Shown here one piece after another: positions 16,263 through 21,026 of a stretch of 21,026 nucleotides of DNA (position 1 is its first letter; each line of letters opens with the position of its first letter). Under the pieces are notes generated by a model that saw nothing but the letters and a program-made list of their open reading frames with translations, made no database searches and was not told the origin of the DNA. This stretch comes from Myxococcota bacterium (GTDB taxonomy: Bacteria; Myxococcota_A; Bradymonadia; UBA7976; UBA1532). Location of the stretch: NCBI GenBank assembly GCA_036337435.1, contig JAYZEG010000012.1, positions 1 through 21,026 on the forward strand, in the 5' to 3' direction. Made by a program: the position numbers and the translations under genes.

Positions 16263-17738
16263 TCAGTCTAAATCGGTCGATAATAGACTCGGTGGAAGAC
16301 CGTATTGCTTCCACTTTCGTGCGGCAGTCTGCCTCGGGATGCCAAGCAGCCGTGCTACATCCTGCAATCGGGCATGTCCGGGGTGGCGTGCTTTTGCAGC
16401 CCGCTCAGCAGCCAGCCGAAAATAGGTCGCCTCAACCTGAGACATGACCCTGGGCAACGCGTCATCGGTCAATGGGAGTGAGTCGAGAGCTGAATCAAAG
16501 TTGAGCAGCCAAGATGATTCACGGGACGACGGCTCATGCAAACGCTGACCCCGACGCAAGAAGCGTTGGCATTGGTCTTCAATGGCGGTCAGGTCAAGCG
16601 GACCCGAGACCTGGACGTTAATCAGCGAACGTATGAGGGCTTCCAATTCTCTAATGTTGCCCGACCAATCATAATCCTGGAAGGATAACCAGGCGCATCG
16701 GGCGATGCGGTCTACTCTCACGCTGTCTGCGATCCAACCCATGAATGATTTCTGCTCGTCACCGAGCACATCAGCTGGCACACCATCTGGTCTAAATGCA
16801 TCTTGTCGAGAACTGTATTGATGTAACGACACCGAAGGTAGACCGCAATATCCACGCGCGACATTTTGGTAAACAAGGCCAAATATCCTAAGCCACTGAT
16901 CAAGGTTGTCCACCAGTGCGCTCAGGTTCGGTATCTCAATGAGCCCATCGCGACATAGATTTTCGAACAGCGCTCTCACAACAGATGTCTGTTCATGTGT
17001 CTCACGTTCGAATTCGCCTTGTACACCGGTAATTAGATGTAGGTTACTCGGCTGGTTCTGTTGGGTCATGTAACCCGAGGTCTCAGTGTTCAACGCGGCT
17101 AAGAAGCGAGGTAGCAGATTATCCGGCATTTGGAGTGCTTCATCTAGGAACAGGACCGATGCATTGCAGTCGGACAAACAACCAGCAACTTGCTCGGTGG
17201 TACCATGCCTCCGTCCCCCGAATATATCGGTGGCGATCTCATCATGTCCGGTGGACAATCGAACCGAACGACTGACGCCTTTCGGATCGCCCATCTGGTT
17301 CGCTCGCACGAGGCACTCAACTGTGAGCTGTCGAATGCGATCACCAATGCCTGCTCGACCAGAACCACCATGACCCATCAGCATGATCCGCCGTCGTGTC
17401 GAACGTGGACGATACAATTCAATTCGGAGATTCTGGCCGAACACTGCATTACACACGTCCGCCGTAAGACCTGTCCCGTAGATTTTCTCCCAGTAGGTTT
17501 GGTGCGTGAATGCCACAAATCTGGCCAATCCATCAAAGACCGAGTTCCACCTTTCCGATAAACCGGCTGGAATAGCGTATTGACGAACGAGACTGTCGCC
17601 ATAGCGACTCAATTCGCTCTCGATCAAATCATGTTCTTCCGATAAGAAACGTGGCTCTCCTGCCAATGGTCGGATGAGACCTTCACGGCGTAAATGGGAT
17701 ACGATTTGACTTGGTTTCGTTGATTTATAGTCGCTCAT
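16263..17738 (-). CDS. Degenerate sigma54-activator-like AAA+ protein with Fis-type HTH
   Basis: Walker A-like IMLMGHGGSGR, Walker B VLFLDEA, sensor II YDWSGNIRELEALI, C-terminal LQDVARLLGIPRQTAARKWKQYGL. No GAFTGA motif. Confidence 0.85.
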   Translation of the reverse strand: MSDYKSTKPSQIVSHLRREGLIRPLAGEPRFLSEEHDLIESELSRYGDSLVRQYAIPAGLSERWNSVFDGLARFVAFTHQTYWEKIYGTGLTADVCNAVFGQNLRIELYRPRSTRRRIMLMGHGGSGRAGIGDRIRQLTVECLVRANQMGDPKGVSRSVRLSTGHDEIATDIFGGRRHGTTEQVAGCLSDCNASVLFLDEALQMPDNLLPRFLAALNTETSGYMTQQNQPSNLHLITGVQGEFERETHEQTSVVRALFENLCRDGLIEIPNLSALVDNLDQWLRIFGLVYQNVARGYCGLPSVSLHQYSSRQDAFRPDGVPADVLGDEQKSFMGWIADSVRVDRIARCAWLSFQDYDWSGNIRELEALIRSLINVQVSGPLDLTAIEDQCQRFLRRGQRLHEPSSRESSWLLNFDSALDSLPLTDDALPRVMSQVEATYFRLAAERAAKARHPGHARLQDVARLLGIPRQTAARKWKQYGLPPSLLSTDLD

Positions 17739-17748
17739 TATTGAGCGA
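17731..17748. promoter_or_regulatory. Palindrome overlapping the start codon of the AAA+/HTH gene (candidate autoregulatory site)
   Basis: TCGCTCA-TTAT-TGAGCGA with perfect 7-bp arms. Confidence 0.55.
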
Positions 17749-17948
17749 TTAGACTAAACACGAGCCATAATTCAAGTGGTTTTGATTTTTGAACATCTGA
17801 AATACACCGACAAGGTGCACTTAATTTGCTAATTTAGTGCTCCAAAGCTTGCCCGGTTTGCATCATTGGTGTAGAGGGCGGTGCTACGGGAGCGACGGTA
17901 ACGTCGGCCATCCACGTGTTACAGTCTTCGGTTTGAGGAGTGCTGACT

Positions 17949-18854
17949 ATGGCCTTTGAGTCTATCGCGGTCGACCGCAATTTACGTGAAGCCTTCAGCG
18001 AGCTTGCGAAACATCTGGCCCGCGAGGGCGAAGTTCCACTGGGTGATGATGTTTTTTTTCGGCATGGCTCGGTGAGCGTGAGTGCAATGGGCGCTGCTGG
18101 ATTTACTGTTGAACGAGACTTTGCTGGGTTCAATTGGCGATTTTCAGTGAGACTCCAAGACCTCGAAAAATTGATCAATGGATTGACTCGAGAATGGCCA
18201 ATGGAACGAATGGGGAAAAGCGAAGTGAAACAAACCGATCTATCAAATGATGCAATCACAAAAATTCTGGGAAGCTTGGGATTCGAGGATGAAACTAAGG
18301 CCAATGTCGGTACGCATGAGTCTCCAAAAAAGGGTGAACCAGTAAAACGCGGTCACCGACCACTCACTGGACTCGAGGATGAGAGTGAAGGAAAGGTCGA
18401 CTTTGGATCTGTATCCGAGTCTGACTTGGATGCGTTTTTGGACGCGTACAGCACAGCAACTGAGGCACCAAAACCTAAGAAAACTGTCGATGAAAAGCCG
18501 GCGGATCCACTCGAAGCTATCGTGGCCAGTCTGATAGCGGGAGATGGGGCTGGTCTGGATGCCCTTGGTGACCTCGGTGACCTAGAGGATGAACTCGACG
18601 ATGACTACGTGGACGAAATGGCCATTCAATCTGCACAGTCATTCATCGATTTGCTCATCAAGAATGAGAAATTAGAGCTGGTCCCAAACGAAGATTCCAA
18701 GCAGCTCGCCAGCCGATTGGCACCCATGCTTGATGTGGATATGCGAGCCAGTAAAAAGGCAGGCATCATCATGGACTGGTTTCTCGACCAAGATGAGGTG
18801 GAGGATGTCTACCTCTCCGATGAAGAAATGATTTCTCTCGTACGGCAATGGTAG
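17949..18854 (+). CDS. Acidic hypothetical protein
   Basis: GAGGAG RBS 8 nt before ATG 17949. Long open frame with a D/E-rich linker and a helical acidic C-terminal segment. No recognised motif. Confidence 0.75.
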   Translation: MAFESIAVDRNLREAFSELAKHLAREGEVPLGDDVFFRHGSVSVSAMGAAGFTVERDFAGFNWRFSVRLQDLEKLINGLTREWPMERMGKSEVKQTDLSNDAITKILGSLGFEDETKANVGTHESPKKGEPVKRGHRPLTGLEDESEGKVDFGSVSESDLDAFLDAYSTATEAPKPKKTVDEKPADPLEAIVASLIAGDGAGLDALGDLGDLEDELDDDYVDEMAIQSAQSFIDLLIKNEKLELVPNEDSKQLASRLAPMLDVDMRASKKAGIIMDWFLDQDEVEDVYLSDEEMISLVRQW

Positions 18855-18880
18855 CCCGTCAAAATCGACCTACGATAGGG

Positions 18881-19308
18881 ACTAAACGCACAACTTAAAA
18901 GCACACCAAGGCGCGTTTAGTGGCCGGATAAGCCAGAACAGTTTCGCACGATAATCCTCTTTTTTTCTCAAGTTTCTCTGATTATCGTCGATGGAGTTTA
19001 TGTAAGACGAAACCAGGAGCCCAGGAGGCACAAGGGGATTCAGGTAAACGTCGAGCGAGGTGACCACCTAGGCTGGTGGCCCAGGAATCAGGTCGATGTT
19101 GTGCACACATCTCACGCCACGAACTGTGTGCACAACATCGAAATTTACGATCGCGTAATGACCTCTATTGCCTCAAAACGCTCCTGGAGTCGTTCTACCG
19201 ACCCTAGGAATCCGATTGACGGTCCTGCTGTTCAACAAACGACGTCTGTCCACGCGGACAGGTCCCGAACGTCCTTCCCAAAACGTAAAGCAGCAGGCCA
19301 TCAATCGG
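18881..19308. ncRNA. Candidate structured non-coding RNA of unknown family (minus strand weakly favoured)
   Basis: Dense nested and serial inverted repeats in a 626-bp gap with no credible ORF; see findings. Confidence 0.45.
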
Positions 19309-19374
19309 GCGACGCTCTAATCCAGTGCAATGTCTGCAACTTATGCCCCTGAAATTTCGCCTTGAATTGTCGGT

Positions 19375-19404
19375 TTGACTTGCGTCGTTTCTTACGTCTA
19401 TGGT
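19375..19404 (+). promoter_or_regulatory. Putative sigma70 promoter of the Cys-rich lipoprotein gene
   Basis: TTGACT-N18-TATGGT, 76 nt before ATG 19481. Confidence 0.45.
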
Positions 19405-19480
19405 TGAGTTTGAAGCTGTTGCAGCCGCAAACGATTTCAGCGGCGACGATTCGCATTGACCAACGGGAGTGATGACTTAA

Positions 19481-21025
19481 ATGACGCGACTCAAAAAACT
19501 GTTTTTTGTTTTCTTTACGGCTTTTGCGCTGGCTGCCTGTGGCGGTGACAGCGACGGCGGGAATGCAGCACTCGGGGAAGCCTGTGATTCCGGTGGTGAC
19601 TGCGCAAGTAGCCTCTGCGCTCAGATTGGTGAGACCAAAATATGCGTTGAGCCATGCACTGAGGGCATGTGCGAGGCTGGCTTTCGCTGTACCAGCAATG
19701 TTTGCATCCCGAGCGCTGGTGGAGCCGGTGGAGCCGGTGGGGCCGGTGGTGCTGGCGGAGCTGGCGGAGCCGGTGGTGCTGGCGGTACTGGCGGTGGCGC
19801 TGGCAATACTGGCGGTGGCGCTGGCGGTACCGGCGGTGGTGACGGCGGCACCGGCGGAGGTGCTGGTGGTGCAGGTGGCGGAGCTGGCGGAGCAGGTGGC
19901 GGTGCTGGTGGTGCAGGCGGAGGCGGCGGTGATGTCGACCCAGGCGTCGCAGAATGTCAGGATTTAAATCGCTGCTTGTCAGACTGCAATGACCAAGCTT
20001 GCCAAGAGCAATGTCTCGCAAATGCAACACCAGAAGGTCAAGCACGATTTCGGGCCATCTTAACTTGCATTGACCGTGAACAATGCCGTGACCTCGAAGG
20101 AAACGCCGACCTTGATTGCGTGAATGAACGTTGTGTTCCGGAATTGGAAGCCTGCGGATTTAGTACGCCTCCAGCACCGGAAGGTGAAGGAACGTGCGGT
20201 GAGCTCTTACGTTGCTTCAACGGATGTCCAGACGGGGCTGCACGCCAAGACTGTCTTAATGCCTGTATCGTTGCGTCAGACCAAAACGCAGTGGACCTCT
20301 ACAACTCGGCGGTCGAGTGTGTACAAGAGAACTGCCCTGATTTTGAGGCCGACTGCCAGCAACAATTTTGCTCCACGGAAATTGACGCATGCCTGGAGGA
20401 TGGTGTTGTCTTCGGTGACGGTGCATGTGGCCCAGCAGTGGACTGTGTCTTTAACTGCCCTGCGATGGATGCGGCGTGCCAAAATGCATGCATCGATGCC
20501 ACAGATCGCGAGGCTCGAGGCTTATTGGGCGACGTCTTTTCGTGCGTAAACGAAGAGCAATGTGCAGACGGACCCGCCTGCGAGATCGCTTGCCCCGAAG
20601 AATTCTCCGCCTGCCGTGAAGACGAGGCGGGTGGTGCCGGTGGCGAAGGCGGAGCTGGCGCTGAAGGCGGTGCCGGTGGCGAAGGCGGAGCTGGTGCTGA
20701 AGGCGGTGCCGGTGGCGAAGGCGGAGCTGGAGCTGAAGGCGGTGCCGGTGGCGAAGGCGGAGCTGGTGCTGAAGGCGGTGCTGGCGGTGCTGGTGGCGCC
20801 GGTGGGGCTGGAGCTGAAGGCGGTGCTGGTGGCGCCGGTGGGGCTGGAGCTGAAGGCGGTGCTGGCGGAGCCGGTGGTGCTGGCGGAGCCGGTGGTGCTG
20901 GCGGAGCCGGTGGGGCTGGCGGAGCCGGTGGGGCTGGAGCTGAAGGCGGTGCGGGCGGAGCCGGTGGTGCTGGCGGAGCCGGTGGGGCTGGCGGAGATGG
21001 CGCAAATGGCGAGGGCGAGCCAGGC
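19481..21025 (+). CDS. Cys-rich repeat lipoprotein with Gly/Ala linkers (3'-partial; absent from the ORF track)
   Basis: Translated by hand. MTRLKKLFFVFFTAFALAAC gives the lipobox LAAC. Then an 8-Cys module (CDSGGDCASSLC...CTSNVC), a GGA-repeat linker, three 10-Cys repeats and a second G/A/E linker. No stop before the window end. Confidence 0.9.
   Translation, partial: MTRLKKLFFVFFTAFALAACGGDSDGGNAALGEACDSGGDCASSLCAQIGETKICVEPCTEGMCEAGFRCTSNVCIPSAGGAGGAGGAGGAGGAGGAGGAGGTGGGAGNTGGGAGGTGGGDGGTGGGAGGAGGGAGGAGGGAGGAGGGGGDVDPGVAECQDLNRCLSDCNDQACQEQCLANATPEGQARFRAILTCIDREQCRDLEGNADLDCVNERCVPELEACGFSTPPAPEGEGTCGELLRCFNGCPDGAARQDCLNACIVASDQNAVDLYNSAVECVQENCPDFEADCQQQFCSTEIDACLEDGVVFGDGACGPAVDCVFNCPAMDAACQNACIDATDREARGLLGDVFSCVNEEQCADGPACEIACPEEFSACREDEAGGAGGEGGAGAEGGAGGEGGAGAEGGAGGEGGAGAEGGAGGEGGAGAEGGAGGAGGAGGAGAEGGAGGAGGAGAEGGAGGAGGAGGAGGAGGAGGAGGAGGAGAEGGAGGAGGAGGAGGAGGDGANGEGEPG
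20633..20776 (+). repeat. Coding 36-bp tandem repeat x4 (GAGGEGGAGAEG)
   Basis: GGTGCCGGTGGCGAAGGCGGAGCTGGNGCTGAAGGC at 20633, 20669, 20705 and 20741. Continues as degenerate 9/18-bp GGA-coding repeats to the window end. Confidence 0.9.
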
Positions 21026-21026
21026 A

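Noticed and set aside
18922..18945. RNase P RNA end on the minus strand (CCGGATAAGCC)
   Set aside because: The adjoining GGGTTCTGT and the partner GGACTTTCCTC motifs are absent.
19013..19187. Complete retron
   Set aside because: The topology is suggestive, but no reverse transcriptase gene flanks it; kept only as one hypothesis for the structured element.
19259..19296. SRP RNA (CAGGTCC...AGCAG)
   Set aside because: The two motifs are too far apart, and the CC-GNRA-GG helix 8 hairpin is missing.
19506..21005. Track ORFs 19506..19967, 19515..20045, 19621..19851, 20124..20549 and 20451..21005 (His/Arg- or Pro-rich)
   Set aside because: Alternate-frame and antisense readings of the lipoprotein starting at 19481, mostly of its Gly/Ala repeats.

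Overview
Core-genome-like region of a probable Myxococcota bacterium (taxonomy inferred from gene content, not measured). Left half: the tail of a type IV pilus locus. A 5'-truncated pilQ carries a very long Ala-rich coiled-coil segment. It is followed by aroK, aroB, a Cys-rich lipoprotein, an MglC-like roadblock gene, aroQ, efp, an SgmX-like TPR gene and tRNA-Gly(CCC). Middle: a divergent 7-deazaguanine (preQ0) cluster, queD <- -> queC-queE-folE2. Its FolE2 is fused to an XRE-type HTH, and a perfect palindrome overlaps the -35-like hexamers in the divergent intergenic gap. This is the best candidate for an undescribed system: a self-regulating 'trigger enzyme'. Right half: a GAF-like gene behind a sigma54 promoter, a DsbD-like protein lacking the alpha domain, and a degenerate sigma54-activator-like AAA+/HTH protein with a palindrome over its start codon. 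Then come an acidic hypothetical gene, a ~430-nt densely base-paired intergenic element that may be an unknown ncRNA, and a 3'-truncated lipoprotein with three 10-Cys repeats and Gly/Ala linkers, which the ORF track missed. All calls are by eye. Comparisons with Myxococcus xanthus are from recalled literature and need alignment to confirm.
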